This document shows positions 36,138 through 45,997 of a stretch of DNA of 64,000 nt, in pieces. A program made the position numbers and the translations under genes. The stretch covers positions 30,415 to 94,414 of the forward strand of contig DDTH01000007.1 in assembly GCA_002344055.1 (NCBI GenBank), given 5' to 3'. The notes beneath the pieces are model-generated. The model did not search any database, was not told the origin of the DNA, and was given only the letters and a program-made list of their open reading frames with translations. Every line of letters begins with the position of its first letter. Position 1 is the first letter of the stretch. Origin of the DNA: Sphingomonadales bacterium UBA2369 (GTDB lineage: Bacteria > Pseudomonadota > Alphaproteobacteria > Sphingomonadales > Sphingomonadaceae).

Positions 36138-37748
36138 TCAGCCTACCGGCGTGACCGGCGGCGGCGCGGCGGCGGGCATTTCATAGCCCACTCCGGCATT
36201 CGGCCCGAGCGGGATGTCGAACGCGACCCAACCTACGGTCAGCACCAACCCGGCCAGCAGGATGCCGATCGAATAAGGCAGCATCAGCGCCACCAGACTG
36301 CCCAGCCCGAAGCTCTTCTGCCAGCGCTGGCAGAAGACCAGGATCAGCGGGAAATAGACCATCAAAGGCGTGATGATGTTCGTCGCGCCGTCGCCGACGC
36401 GATAGGCGGCGGTCGACATTTCCGGGCTGATCCCGAGCAGCATGAGCATCGGTACCAGCACCGGCGCCAGCAATGCCCATTTGGCGCTGGCGGAGCCGAT
36501 CAGCAGGTTGAGCGCCGCCGACAGCACCACGATCGACGCCAGCAGCAACGGTGCGGGCAGATCGAGTTGGCGCAGGAAGTCCGCGCCGCTGACGGCACTG
36601 ATCAGGCCCAGATTCGACCAGCCGAACATGGCGACGAAATGGGCCGCGGCGAAGGCGAGCACGAGGAAGTAGGACAGGTCGCTCATCGCGCCCGCCATCA
36701 TCTTCACCACGTCCCGATGACTCTTCACCGTCCCGGCCGCGCTGCCATATGCCCAGCCGGTCGCCAGGAAGAGCACGAAGAAGCCGCCGACGAGCGACCG
36801 GTAGAAGGGATTGAGCTGCGCCTCCGGCGGTGCGGTCTCGTCGATCAGTGGCGTTCCCGGCCCAAGCGTCATCACCAGCCACAGGCCGATGACGGCCAAA
36901 GCGGCGAGTCCGGCACGGCGCAGGCCGCGGCGCTGCGCTTCGCCGACCTCGTCCTCGGCATTGGGCAAGGGCGCCTGTTCCTCCGGCCGGTAGACGCCGA
37001 GCCGTGGCTCGATCATCCGGTCCGTGACGTACCAGATGACCGGCAGGAAGATGAACGTCATGCCGATCAGGAAGTACCAGTTGCCGGCAATGTTCGGCGT
37101 CCAGCCCTGCACGATCAGCTCGACGGAGGATTCGGTGATGCCGAAGAGAAGGGCGTCGAGCTGGCCGGGCAGCAGATTGGCGGAAAAGCCGCCGGAGACA
37201 CCCGCGAAGGTCGCCGCGATGCCGGCGATCGGATGGCGCCCCGCCGCCGCATAGAGCACCCCGGCCAGCGGGATCAGCACGACATAGGCGGCGTCAGCAG
37301 CCAGATTGCCGATCATGCCGACGAGCGCGACGATCGGAGTCAGGAGGAAGGTCGGTGCGCGACTGACGCCCTTGCGCATCGCCGAGGCGAACAGGCCGGA
37401 CCGTTCGGCGACGCCCGCGCCCAGCATCACCACCAGCACATAGCCGAGCGGATGGAAGTGGGCGAAGGTCGTCGGCATTTCGACCCAGACACGCTGGATG
37501 TTGGCAGCGGACAACAGGCTCTCGGCCGCGATCACCCGCTGCGCGCCGGTGGCCTCGTCAATCTCGGTTGGATGGACAGCCGACCAGCCGAGCCACTGCG
37601 CCAGCACGCTCAGCGCGACCAGACCGGCGATCAGGTAGAAAAAGATGAAGATCGGATCGGGCAATTTGTTGCCGGCCCGTTCGATCGCGGCGAGAAATCC
37701 GCGCTTGGGAACGTCCGCTTCGTCGATGGCTGCACCCGATTCCGTCAC
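36138..37748 (-). CDS. AbgT family transporter
   Basis: IERAGNKLPDP, AGVSGGFSAN, SASAKWA, YRVGDGATNIITP. Confidence 0.93.
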   Translation of the reverse strand: MTESGAAIDEADVPKRGFLAAIERAGNKLPDPIFIFFYLIAGLVALSVLAQWLGWSAVHPTEIDEATGAQRVIAAESLLSAANIQRVWVEMPTTFAHFHPLGYVLVVMLGAGVAERSGLFASAMRKGVSRAPTFLLTPIVALVGMIGNLAADAAYVVLIPLAGVLYAAAGRHPIAGIAATFAGVSGGFSANLLPGQLDALLFGITESSVELIVQGWTPNIAGNWYFLIGMTFIFLPVIWYVTDRMIEPRLGVYRPEEQAPLPNAEDEVGEAQRRGLRRAGLAALAVIGLWLVMTLGPGTPLIDETAPPEAQLNPFYRSLVGGFFVLFLATGWAYGSAAGTVKSHRDVVKMMAGAMSDLSYFLVLAFAAAHFVAMFGWSNLGLISAVSGADFLRQLDLPAPLLLASIVVLSAALNLLIGSASAKWALLAPVLVPMLMLLGISPEMSTAAYRVGDGATNIITPLMVYFPLILVFCQRWQKSFGLGSLVALMLPYSIGILLAGLVLTVGWVAFDIPLGPNAGVGYEMPAAAPPPVTPVG

Positions 37749-37874
37749 CCGCTACTCCCGTTGCCGTTAACCCGTCGAGCCAACTGACACGGTCGGGCGG
37801 GTGCTTGTCCACCCCAAAAGCCGCTCCTCGCCTCGCCTCTTGCATGTCCGCCCGGCCTCGGCTTTTGCCGTGTC

Positions 37875-38669
37875 ATGCCCGCCATCGATCCCGACCTCCT
37901 GCTGCGCGGCTATGCGATCGGCGTGTTCCCGATGTCGGACGGGCGCGATGCGCGCGACGTCTATTGGGTGGAACCGAAGCGGCGGGCGATCCTGCCGCTG
38001 GACGGCTTTCTGCTGTCGCGCTCGCTGCGGAAAAGTCTGCGCTCGGGCCGGTTCACAATCACCCGCGACCGCGCCTTTGCGGGCGTGGTGGCCTGCTGCG
38101 CGGAGCGCGGCGAGACCTGGATCAATCCGGCGATCGAGCTGAGCTATGCGGACCTGCACGCCCGCGGCCACGCCCATTCGGTCGAGGTCTGGCAGGACGG
38201 TGTGCTCGTCGGCGGCCTCTACGGCGTCAGGCTCGGCGGTGCCTTTTTCGGCGAGAGCATGTTCTCGACCGCAACCGATGCGTCGAAGGTCGCGCTCGCG
38301 TGGCTCGTGGCACGGCTCCGGGTCGGCGGCTTCAGCCTGCTCGACTGCCAGTTCATGACGGACCATCTGCGCAGCCTGGGCGCGGTGGAGATCAGCCAGG
38401 CGGCCTATCTGGAGCTGTTGTCCGCGGCCCTGGACGGTCTGGACGGCGCGCTCTCATTGCCGGCCGCACGGCGCGGCGCCGCGGCGGGCGGCGATGGGGT
38501 CGCGGGCGCCGGCGTTTCGACTCTCGGCCGGGCGCCGGAACGCGGCGCGGCCGGTTCGGCGCCGGATTTCGAGCTGCTGGACGCGTTGCTCGAGGCGGAT
38601 GGCGTGTCGGGCGATGCCGCCGCCGAATCCGGATGGGTCATCTCGCAACTCTTGACCCAGACATCGTAA
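37875..38669 (+). CDS. aat: Leucyl/phenylalanyl-tRNA--protein transferase
   Basis: LLRGYAIGVFPM, TWIN, HAHSVEVW, LVGGLYGV, FFGESMFS, DASKVAL, LLDCQ. Confidence 0.95.
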   Translation: MPAIDPDLLLRGYAIGVFPMSDGRDARDVYWVEPKRRAILPLDGFLLSRSLRKSLRSGRFTITRDRAFAGVVACCAERGETWINPAIELSYADLHARGHAHSVEVWQDGVLVGGLYGVRLGGAFFGESMFSTATDASKVALAWLVARLRVGGFSLLDCQFMTDHLRSLGAVEISQAAYLELLSAALDGLDGALSLPAARRGAAAGGDGVAGAGVSTLGRAPERGAAGSAPDFELLDALLEADGVSGDAAAESGWVISQLLTQTS

Positions 38670-39088
38670 ATCGGGTGCTCGACCACGTTGAGCGACGGCG
38701 ATTCTTTGTAGAGCCAGCCGGAGAAGATCCGGTTCACCTGGTTCTGGCCAACGACGATATCGACCTGCACGAAAGCACCGGTCAGCTGCTCAGGCTCCCA
38801 CGGTGCGGTCGTTTCGCACGAACGCAGCCGGACGATGAGGTTGCCTTCCCGCACGGCCTCGCCCGGACGCATGGTCAGATCGCGCGAGCTGCCATTGCGC
38901 TTGTTCAGCAGGCCGATGACCGCCGTCCGCTCTGCCACAGGCGTCGTGCCCTCGGGCAGATCGTCGGCGGAGGGGCGTACCGGCTCCGGATCGATCGAGA
39001 TGTTGCTGGCATTGTTGGTCTCGCCCCCGCCGCATCCGGCGAGCGCCACGACGGCCAATGCCGACAGGGCCGTCTGCAGCGGTCTCAC
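38405..39088 (-). CDS. DUF2155 domain lipoprotein
   Basis: Lipobox ALAGC; LLNKRNG, IFSGWLYKESPSLNVVEHPIYDVWVKSC. Confidence 0.88.
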   Translation of the reverse strand: MRPLQTALSALAVVALAGCGGGETNNASNISIDPEPVRPSADDLPEGTTPVAERTAVIGLLNKRNGSSRDLTMRPGEAVREGNLIVRLRSCETTAPWEPEQLTGAFVQVDIVVGQNQVNRIFSGWLYKESPSLNVVEHPIYDVWVKSCEMTHPDSAAASPDTPSASSNASSSSKSGAEPAAPRSGARPRVETPAPATPSPPAAAPRRAAGNESAPSRPSRAADNSSR

Positions 39089-39471
39089 GCGGAGTCGGGC
39101 GTCCAGGCCTGATAATCGCCGCTCGCCGCCGCGCGGCGGCCACCGCGCTCCAGCGATCCGGCGGGACGATAGGCCGCATTGGTGCCGGTCAGGTTCGGCA
39201 GCGGCTCGGCCAGGAATTTGGGGGCGGGCGGCAGCGCCTCGTCCGGCACGTCGTCAATCTGCTTGTGCATCCAGGCGTACCAGTCCGGCGAGATGCGGCT
39301 CGCGTCATTCTGGCCGTTGTAGATGACGTAGCGGCGGTCGCCCTTCTTGCTCTGGTAATAGACATTACCCAGCGCATCGCGGCCCACCTCGCGGGCGCTG
39401 CCGCGAATGTGCATGCCGGCGCCGAAGGTCGCGCCTTCCCACCAGGTGAAGATCTTCTTGATGAAGCCCAT
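39085..39471 (-). CDS. NDUFA12 family (complex I accessory-like) protein
   Basis: VGRDALGNVYY, RRYVIY, DASRISPDWYAWMH, PNLTGT..AYRP, DYQAWTP. Confidence 0.92.
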   Translation of the reverse strand: MGFIKKIFTWWEGATFGAGMHIRGSAREVGRDALGNVYYQSKKGDRRYVIYNGQNDASRISPDWYAWMHKQIDDVPDEALPPAPKFLAEPLPNLTGTNAAYRPAGSLERGGRRAAASGDYQAWTPDSA

Positions 39472-39547
39472 AGCGGCACTGCGCCTAGCGCCGATGCGGG
39501 GCGGGTGGCAAGCGTCGAGCGGAGCGGAGACGCGTGTTCGAGGAGCC

Positions 39548-40132
39548 TTAGCGCCCCTCCACCTCCACCGCGAGCGGACCCTTGCGGCCGGGGGCGATGC
39601 GGGCGCGCAGGGGCTGGTCGGGGATGAGATCGGCCAGGCCGCCGCGACGGACGGTTTCCATATGGACGAAAATATCCTCGTCCTCATTCTCCTCGCGCAC
39701 CAGAAAACCATAGCCGCGCAGGCGATTGAACCATTTCACCTTCACCGGTTCGAACGGCCCGGCCGACTCGAGCAGGGCCGCCGGATTGATCCGGTCGGAC
39801 CTGTCGTCCTGCGCGCGGGCCAGTTCCGGCATCACCGCCTGGCTCAGGTCGATGCTCAGAATCTTGCGCGCCTGCAGCCCGCGTTCCTGGTCCGCGACCA
39901 GGCATTCGACGATCGCGCCTTCCGGCAGGCTGCGCCGGTCATGTTCCCGCAACACACTGAAATGGATCAGGATATCGCCCTGGATGTCGTCACTCACGAC
40001 AAAGCCGAAGCCGCGGGTCGCGTCGAACCATTTGACCGTCCCGGTGGCACGAACGAGTCCCTCCTCGGCATCGGGCACAGCCTTGTCCCGGCCTGTCGCT
40101 TCGGCTTCAAACTGGTCGTCGTGCGACGTCAT
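39548..40132 (-). CDS. Cold-shock protein with two CSD domains
   Basis: GTVKWFDATRGFGF...DILIHFS and VKWFNRLRGYGF...DIFVHMET. Confidence 0.92.
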   Translation of the reverse strand: MTSHDDQFEAEATGRDKAVPDAEEGLVRATGTVKWFDATRGFGFVVSDDIQGDILIHFSVLREHDRRSLPEGAIVECLVADQERGLQARKILSIDLSQAVMPELARAQDDRSDRINPAALLESAGPFEPVKVKWFNRLRGYGFLVREENEDEDIFVHMETVRRGGLADLIPDQPLRARIAPGRKGPLAVEVEGR

Positions 40133-40209
40133 CAAGCACTCAATCCCGCACACCTCGGAAAATCCCGAGCCGATGGAGTATCACGGTTTCGACTTTTGTG
40201 AACATTCGT

Positions 40210-40740
40210 TCATTCCTCATCCGGAACAATCCCCGGGTCGGCGTCGATCAGCCGCCGGGCGAGGTCCATAGGATGGCCGGCGCGCAGCATCGCCGCAAAG
40301 GCCTTTTCGCGGCCCGGCCGGTCGGGAAGCTCCGCCGCGAACGGGCCGATCCGCTTTCGTTCCGCGAAGCGCAAAGCCGCTGCCCATGCGCCGTCGCGCG
40401 CTTCCTCCAGCGCCTCGGCCTTGTCCTCTTCGCCGATCCCAGCCGCGCGCAACGCCTGATCGACGCGGCGCGCGCCATAGCCGCGCCGGCCGAGCGCGCC
40501 CGCGCGCGCCGTCGCAAAGGCGGCGTCGTCGATATAGCCCAGTTCCACGAAGCGGTCCGCCAGGCCTTCCGCCTGCGGATGGCTCTCGCCTTCCCAGCCG
40601 CGCTCGCGCACTTTCCGGACGAGGTAGACGATCAGCTTCGCGCGGGTGACGGCGTAGCGCCCCACATAATGCAGCGCGAGCCGTTCCAGCCGCTCGGCAT
40701 CGAGCGGTGGCGGTGGCGAAGAGCGGTTGCGATGCCCCAT
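40210..40740 (-). CDS. recX: RecX family regulatory protein
   Basis: LERLALHYVGRYAVT, LGYIDDAAFA, RGYGARR, MLRAGH. Confidence 0.85.
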   Translation of the reverse strand: MGHRNRSSPPPPLDAERLERLALHYVGRYAVTRAKLIVYLVRKVRERGWEGESHPQAEGLADRFVELGYIDDAAFATARAGALGRRGYGARRVDQALRAAGIGEEDKAEALEEARDGAWAAALRFAERKRIGPFAAELPDRPGREKAFAAMLRAGHPMDLARRLIDADPGIVPDEE

Positions 40741-40868
40741 CGCCTTGTTTGTGCCACAGTGGAGCCTGAATATGAACGCGCCTGCCGCATTGGGCTAATT
40801 CCCGGTTCATGCCGCGACGGCCAAAGCGCGTTTCCGAGCGGTAAGATGTTGAAAGGACTAGGTCGATC

Positions 40869-42617
40869 GTGACCGCGACTGCTGATTCCGAAGGCCCGAC
40901 GCCCACCCCGACCGACGACGGCAGTGTCCGCCGCTATGCGGATTTCGGCACGTTGGGCGAAGCGCTCGATTATGCGGCGCAGGGAAAACGCGGCCTGAAT
41001 TTTCACGATGCCCGCGCGCGGTTGGAGCGCGCCTACCCCTATTCGAAGCTGCGCACCGACGCGCTCGCCGCCGCCCGCCGTCTGATCGCGCGCGGGGTGA
41101 AGCCGGGTGATCGCATCGCGCTCATTGCGGAGACAGTGCCGGAATTCACCGCTCTGTTCTTCGGCGCTGTCTATGCTGGCGCCTGGCCAGTGCCGTTGCC
41201 GCTGCCGACCAGCTTCGGCGGCGCGCAGAGCTATATCGACCAGCTGAAGGTCCAGCTGGGCAGTTCCGATCCGAAATTGCTCTTCTGGCCGCCATCGCTG
41301 GCCGTCATGGCTTCGGCCGCGGCCGAGGAGGCCGGGGTCGAAGGGCTCGACTGGGCCGCGTTCGCGGCGGAGCCCGATGTCGAGGCGAAGCTGCCGGAAA
41401 TGCAGCCCGACGACATCGCCTATCTGCAATATTCGAGCGGCTCGACCCGCTTCCCGCATGGCGTGATCATCACGCATCGCCAGCTGCTCAGCAATCTGGC
41501 GGCGCACAGCCACGGCATGAAATTGGGCGATGGCGACCGCGGCGTTTCGTGGCTGCCTTTCTATCACGACATGGGCCTGGTCGGCTGTCTGCTCTCGCCG
41601 GTCGCAAACCAGATGAGCGCCGATTATCTGAAGACCGAGGATTTTGCGCGCCGTCCGCTCGCCTGGCTCGACCTGATCAGCCGCCACGACGGCACGACGA
41701 TGAGCTATGCGCCGACCTTCGGCTACGACATCTGCGCGCGCCGCGTCTCCACCCAGATCGACGTCGCCGAGCGTTTCGACCTCTCCCGCTGGCGGGTTGC
41801 GGGCAATGGCGCGGACATGATCCGCCCGGATGTCATGCAGAATTTCGTCGATATTTTCGCGCCCGCCGGTTTCAACGCTAAGGCCTTCCTGCCGAGCTAC
41901 GGTCTCGCGGAAGCCACCCTCGCCGTCTCGATCATGCCGCCGGGCGAGGGCATCGTCGTCGAATTGGTCGAGGAAACGCTCCTCGCGGGCGGCACCGCTG
42001 GCGAGCGCAACCGGCCGCAGCGCTACCGGGCGATCGTCAATTGCGGCAAGCCGGCACTCGGCATGGAAATCGAGATCCGCTCCGAAGCCGGCGACGCGCT
42101 GGCCGAGCGCGAGATCGGCAAGGTCTGGTGCCGGGGCACGTCGGTGATGAGCGGCTATTTCCGCGACGATGAGGCCACCGCCGCCTGCATGGCCGACGGC
42201 TGGCTGGACACGGGCGACATGGGCTACCTCAGCGACGGCTACATCTACATTGTCGGCCGCGCCAAGGACATGATCATTATCAACGGCAAGAATCACTGGC
42301 CACAGGATATCGAGTGGGCGGTGGAGCAATTGCCGGGCTTCAAGGCGGGCGACATCGCCGCTTTCTCGATCACCACGCAGGGCGGCGAAGAGACCCCGGC
42401 GGTGCTGGTCCAATGCCGCACCTCGGACCTGCAGGAGCGCGGCAAACTGAAGGAATTGATCCGCGAACGCGTCCGCGCCGTCACCGGCATCAATTGCGTG
42501 ATCGAACTGATCCCGCCGCGGTCACTGCCGCGCACGAGTTCGGGGAAGCTTTCGCGGGCGAAGGCGCGGAAACTGTATCTGGAGGGCGAAATCCAGACCT
42601 ACGACATCGCGGCGTAG
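40869..42617 (+). CDS. Fatty acyl-AMP ligase (FAAL)
   Basis: YLQYSSGSTRFPHG, SWLPFYHDMGL, PSYGLAEATL, WLDTGD, GRAKD, PRTSSGK. Confidence 0.9.
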   Translation: MTATADSEGPTPTPTDDGSVRRYADFGTLGEALDYAAQGKRGLNFHDARARLERAYPYSKLRTDALAAARRLIARGVKPGDRIALIAETVPEFTALFFGAVYAGAWPVPLPLPTSFGGAQSYIDQLKVQLGSSDPKLLFWPPSLAVMASAAAEEAGVEGLDWAAFAAEPDVEAKLPEMQPDDIAYLQYSSGSTRFPHGVIITHRQLLSNLAAHSHGMKLGDGDRGVSWLPFYHDMGLVGCLLSPVANQMSADYLKTEDFARRPLAWLDLISRHDGTTMSYAPTFGYDICARRVSTQIDVAERFDLSRWRVAGNGADMIRPDVMQNFVDIFAPAGFNAKAFLPSYGLAEATLAVSIMPPGEGIVVELVEETLLAGGTAGERNRPQRYRAIVNCGKPALGMEIEIRSEAGDALAEREIGKVWCRGTSVMSGYFRDDEATAACMADGWLDTGDMGYLSDGYIYIVGRAKDMIIINGKNHWPQDIEWAVEQLPGFKAGDIAAFSITTQGGEETPAVLVQCRTSDLQERGKLKELIRERVRAVTGINCVIELIPPRSLPRTSSGKLSRAKARKLYLEGEIQTYDIAA

Positions 42618-43253
42618 CTAGCGCCTGGAGACGCCTCGTGCCTCCGTTGGCGCCGGGTCGCCCGGATCCGCCGAGAGACGGAACACGAAGAAAGGCGGCG
42701 GCGGCGTGTCGCTGTCGAGGCTGGCCATCGTCCGGTCCGCGGCCGGGCGGACATGGTCAAGGCCGGTTGCGATGCAAAAGCCTTCGCCATCCTCCTGCCG
42801 TTCGGCACGGTCCTCGGGAGCGCAGAGCAAGGGAAATACTTCCAGCAGATGCTCGCCGACCCTGGCGATGCCGATCATATAGGCTTCGCCATTGCCGAAT
42901 TCGCCGAGATAATGGCCCGACCGGATCGGGATCAGCCGCGCCTCGATGACGCCGTGCCCAGGCGACGACATTTCGTAGGTATGATCCTCCCACTTGCTGA
43001 TCGAGCCGGTCGAGCCGGCCTGGCCCGTGGCGGGATCAACCTCGCAGAAGTGAACGACATCGCCCTCCACCGGATAGGTCAGACACCGCTCGCGCTGGTC
43101 CCGCGGTAGGCGCGCGGCCAGCCGGGTCTCGATCAATTGCGTGAAGCGGGTCGCACGCGATTCCGTCACTTCATGGCCATCGCCGAGCACAGGCTGCTCG
43201 GAAACATAACAGCCGCCCAGCAGCGCGGCGGCAAAAAGCGGCCAACAACGCAT
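42618..43253 (-). CDS. Hypothetical lipoprotein
   Basis: Lipobox LLGGC followed by YVSEQPV; divergent from the Zn-PLC-like gene. Confidence 0.65.
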   Translation of the reverse strand: MRCWPLFAAALLGGCYVSEQPVLGDGHEVTESRATRFTQLIETRLAARLPRDQRERCLTYPVEGDVVHFCEVDPATGQAGSTGSISKWEDHTYEMSSPGHGVIEARLIPIRSGHYLGEFGNGEAYMIGIARVGEHLLEVFPLLCAPEDRAERQEDGEGFCIATGLDHVRPAADRTMASLDSDTPPPPFFVFRLSADPGDPAPTEARGVSRR

Positions 43254-43369
43254 GCATTGCCCCCCGGTCTGCCCGCATCGACCGCGATCGGGCAGTCGCG
43301 GGAGCATATACAGGGGCGGTGAAGCTTGATAGCCCATGGCGGTCGGCGTGGATGGGGGGTCTCGCGCTT

Positions 43370-45952
43370 ATGCGGTCTCGCGGGGGGAAAAGGCGGCCGG
43401 TCAGGCTGTTCTTGGCATCGGCCATTTCGCTTTCGATATGGTGTGCGTCGAGTCCCGCCGCAGCGTGGGGGCTGAAAACACATGTCTGGATCGCGCGAGA
43501 GGTGATCGCCGACGTCAGCGATGACGGCGCCGTCACCATCGCCGGGCGGCGATACCGTGTCCCCTTGAACGTGCGGCGGGCCATTCAGGAACATCCGGAG
43601 CTGTTCATCGCCGGCGCGCTGGGCCCGGACGTCTATCCGGACCCGCTTGCCGGACAGACGACGACCCATCCCGGGGTCGAGAATGGCTGGCAGGCCGACG
43701 ATTGGCTGCGGTGGATCAGCCGGACCGGAAGCGCCTACGATCTGGCGGCCGATTCCGATGAGGTGCGGGACGATGCCGAAGGCCTGCGGCGGGTCGCCTT
43801 CGTCTACGGGTTCAACGCCCATTTCGCCGGGGACATTTTTGCCCACAGCTATGTGAATGCCTATTCCGGCGGCACGTTCGATCTGCTCGACGGCGAACAG
43901 GATGTGGAGCGCCGGCACGCCATCCTGGAACGCTATATCGACGCGCATTTGCCGCCCCCCGCCGGGGGCGCGATTGCATCCGCCGACGGCATGCGCCCAC
44001 CGGTGGCATTCATCGCGGACCGGCTGATCCTGCAGAATGATGCCGGCGGCCAATATTTGCGGCCGCCAACCCTGCATTTGTGGGCGATGGGCGAGATGTA
44101 TCGCCGCACCGGCGACCTGGAATCCGGCCTGCGCGCGCTGGAAAAGCCGATCGACGATGCGATGGCAGCCTATGACCGAATTTACCGGACCTTGCAGGAT
44201 CAGGTGTTCGGCGCCCGCGCCCAGGTCCATATCGCACAGGAGGGTCTGGAGAATGCGCGCAGGGCGCTGCAGCTCAAGCGCGATATCCTGGCGGCGGCCG
44301 AGCAGAAGCTGCGCGAGGCGCTGACCCTGCTGAACGCGCCCGAGGCCGTGTATCGGCAGATCGAGGACCTGACCCAGAAAATCAAGCGGCTGCGGGAAGC
44401 GATCCGGCCGGAGGAAATCGTCCTGGACAATTTCGGAGCGCAATATCGCACGCTCCAGTCGGGCCTGACCAAGGCCTATGACAAGATCACCGATTTCATC
44501 TGCACGATCGTCGATCCGTTCGACTGGTTCGGGTGCGACCGGAAGCGCAACCGCCTGATCAGGGCCCATAACCGTATCGTGCGTAACCTGGATCGCCTCT
44601 GGAGCGCCTATCAACGCGCCTATCGCACGGTGGAAGACGCAATGCCGGAAATCCGTGAGGCCGAAGAAGAATTGATCGACCTGCGCCGCCGCTTTTCCGA
44701 AGCGACCCAGGGCATGGCCACGCAGGCGCTGCAACGCGCCGTAGACGTGGCCAATGCGGCAATCGATGCGCAGGAGTCCGTCGTCGCCTTTGCCGACAGG
44801 AGGCTCGCCGACCTTGGCCGGGCGCTCGAACGGGCCGAGGCCGAATTCGCGCCGGTCAGCGACATCATGGACCAGGCGCGGGAAGCGCTGAACATTTTCG
44901 GCACGATCCGCGCGCTGGTCAGCAATTGGCGCAACGACATGCGCATCGCCGCACGCCACTATGTCGAGGCGAGCTGGCGCGCCGGCTTCCTGATGTATCG
45001 CGGCGAGACCGGCGCGCTGTCGGAATATCTGCGCTGGTATCGCTGCTACGGCGCTGTGTTCGTGGGCGTGCCGCGCCAAGTGGGCGAGGCCGGCTGCCTG
45101 GCCGGCGACTTCGTCGTGAAGCTGCGGGACGAGTTCGACAGACTTTACGGCCGTCTGCCGGAGCCGCTGCGATGGCTGCTCAACCCGACGGGCGAGCTGA
45201 AGGACATGCTCAGGGAAAGGCTGGAGCCGCAGATCCAGGAAGCGACCACCCGCCTAGCCAATCTGATCGGCGAGCATAGTTCATTGGGCGAATTGATCAT
45301 CGTTCTCGGCTATCCGGAACTGGCCACGCGCGACCGGCTGAATCGCATCTATGCCACCGATCTTGGCGGCACCGGCCTGATCCGCTTCGACGACGCCGCC
45401 AGCCTGATCGAGGCCGATTCCGGCATGAACGTCGCGGGACGGGTCGATCCCCAGCGTTTCCCGGCGCTCGCGCATAGCGTGACGCTGGCAAAGCTCGCCC
45501 TCCTTGGCGACAGCGAGTTGAACCGGCTGATCCGCGATCTTTCCAATGGCTATGTCTCGCCGCGCTACGGCGCCAGCGTTTACCGGTTCCGCGAGCCGAA
45601 CCAGACGATCCTGCACGACATGGTCCGCAGCCTGGACGGCAATCATCAATGGCAGGCCTTCGGTCTGCCGCGCCCGCGCGCAGGCGGACCTGCGGAGACG
45701 CCGCGCGAGCTCCCGTTCGGGCGCAACGGCTTTGAAGACGGCAATAGGGGCTTGCGGATCTGGACCGACCCGGGCCTGCGCGAGCGCGTGTTCGCACGCC
45801 TGTTTCCTGGCGCGATCATCGGCTCGCTGGGTAATCGGCCGGAACTTCAGCGCCCGCTTTACCCCTTTCCCCATTGTCCTGAGAACCCGTTCCCCAGCGC
45901 CCAGGACGCCTCGGGAGCACTGCAATCGAGCGACCCTGGTTGTTCCGACTGA
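43370..45952 (+). CDS. Secreted zinc-dependent phospholipase C / P1-nuclease-fold protein with long coiled coil
   Basis: Signal peptide ending AAA-WGLKTH; GALGPD, THPG, NAHFAGDIFAH, RHAILE ligand set; start uncertain (43319 or 43370). Confidence 0.75.
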   Translation: MRSRGGKRRPVRLFLASAISLSIWCASSPAAAWGLKTHVWIAREVIADVSDDGAVTIAGRRYRVPLNVRRAIQEHPELFIAGALGPDVYPDPLAGQTTTHPGVENGWQADDWLRWISRTGSAYDLAADSDEVRDDAEGLRRVAFVYGFNAHFAGDIFAHSYVNAYSGGTFDLLDGEQDVERRHAILERYIDAHLPPPAGGAIASADGMRPPVAFIADRLILQNDAGGQYLRPPTLHLWAMGEMYRRTGDLESGLRALEKPIDDAMAAYDRIYRTLQDQVFGARAQVHIAQEGLENARRALQLKRDILAAAEQKLREALTLLNAPEAVYRQIEDLTQKIKRLREAIRPEEIVLDNFGAQYRTLQSGLTKAYDKITDFICTIVDPFDWFGCDRKRNRLIRAHNRIVRNLDRLWSAYQRAYRTVEDAMPEIREAEEELIDLRRRFSEATQGMATQALQRAVDVANAAIDAQESVVAFADRRLADLGRALERAEAEFAPVSDIMDQAREALNIFGTIRALVSNWRNDMRIAARHYVEASWRAGFLMYRGETGALSEYLRWYRCYGAVFVGVPRQVGEAGCLAGDFVVKLRDEFDRLYGRLPEPLRWLLNPTGELKDMLRERLEPQIQEATTRLANLIGEHSSLGELIIVLGYPELATRDRLNRIYATDLGGTGLIRFDDAASLIEADSGMNVAGRVDPQRFPALAHSVTLAKLALLGDSELNRLIRDLSNGYVSPRYGASVYRFREPNQTILHDMVRSLDGNHQWQAFGLPRPRAGGPAETPRELPFGRNGFEDGNRGLRIWTDPGLRERVFARLFPGAIIGSLGNRPELQRPLYPFPHCPENPFPSAQDASGALQSSDPGCSD

Positions 45953-45997
45953 GTCTCGGACTTCGGTCAGGGCCGAAAACAACGCGGAAAGCGCTGC

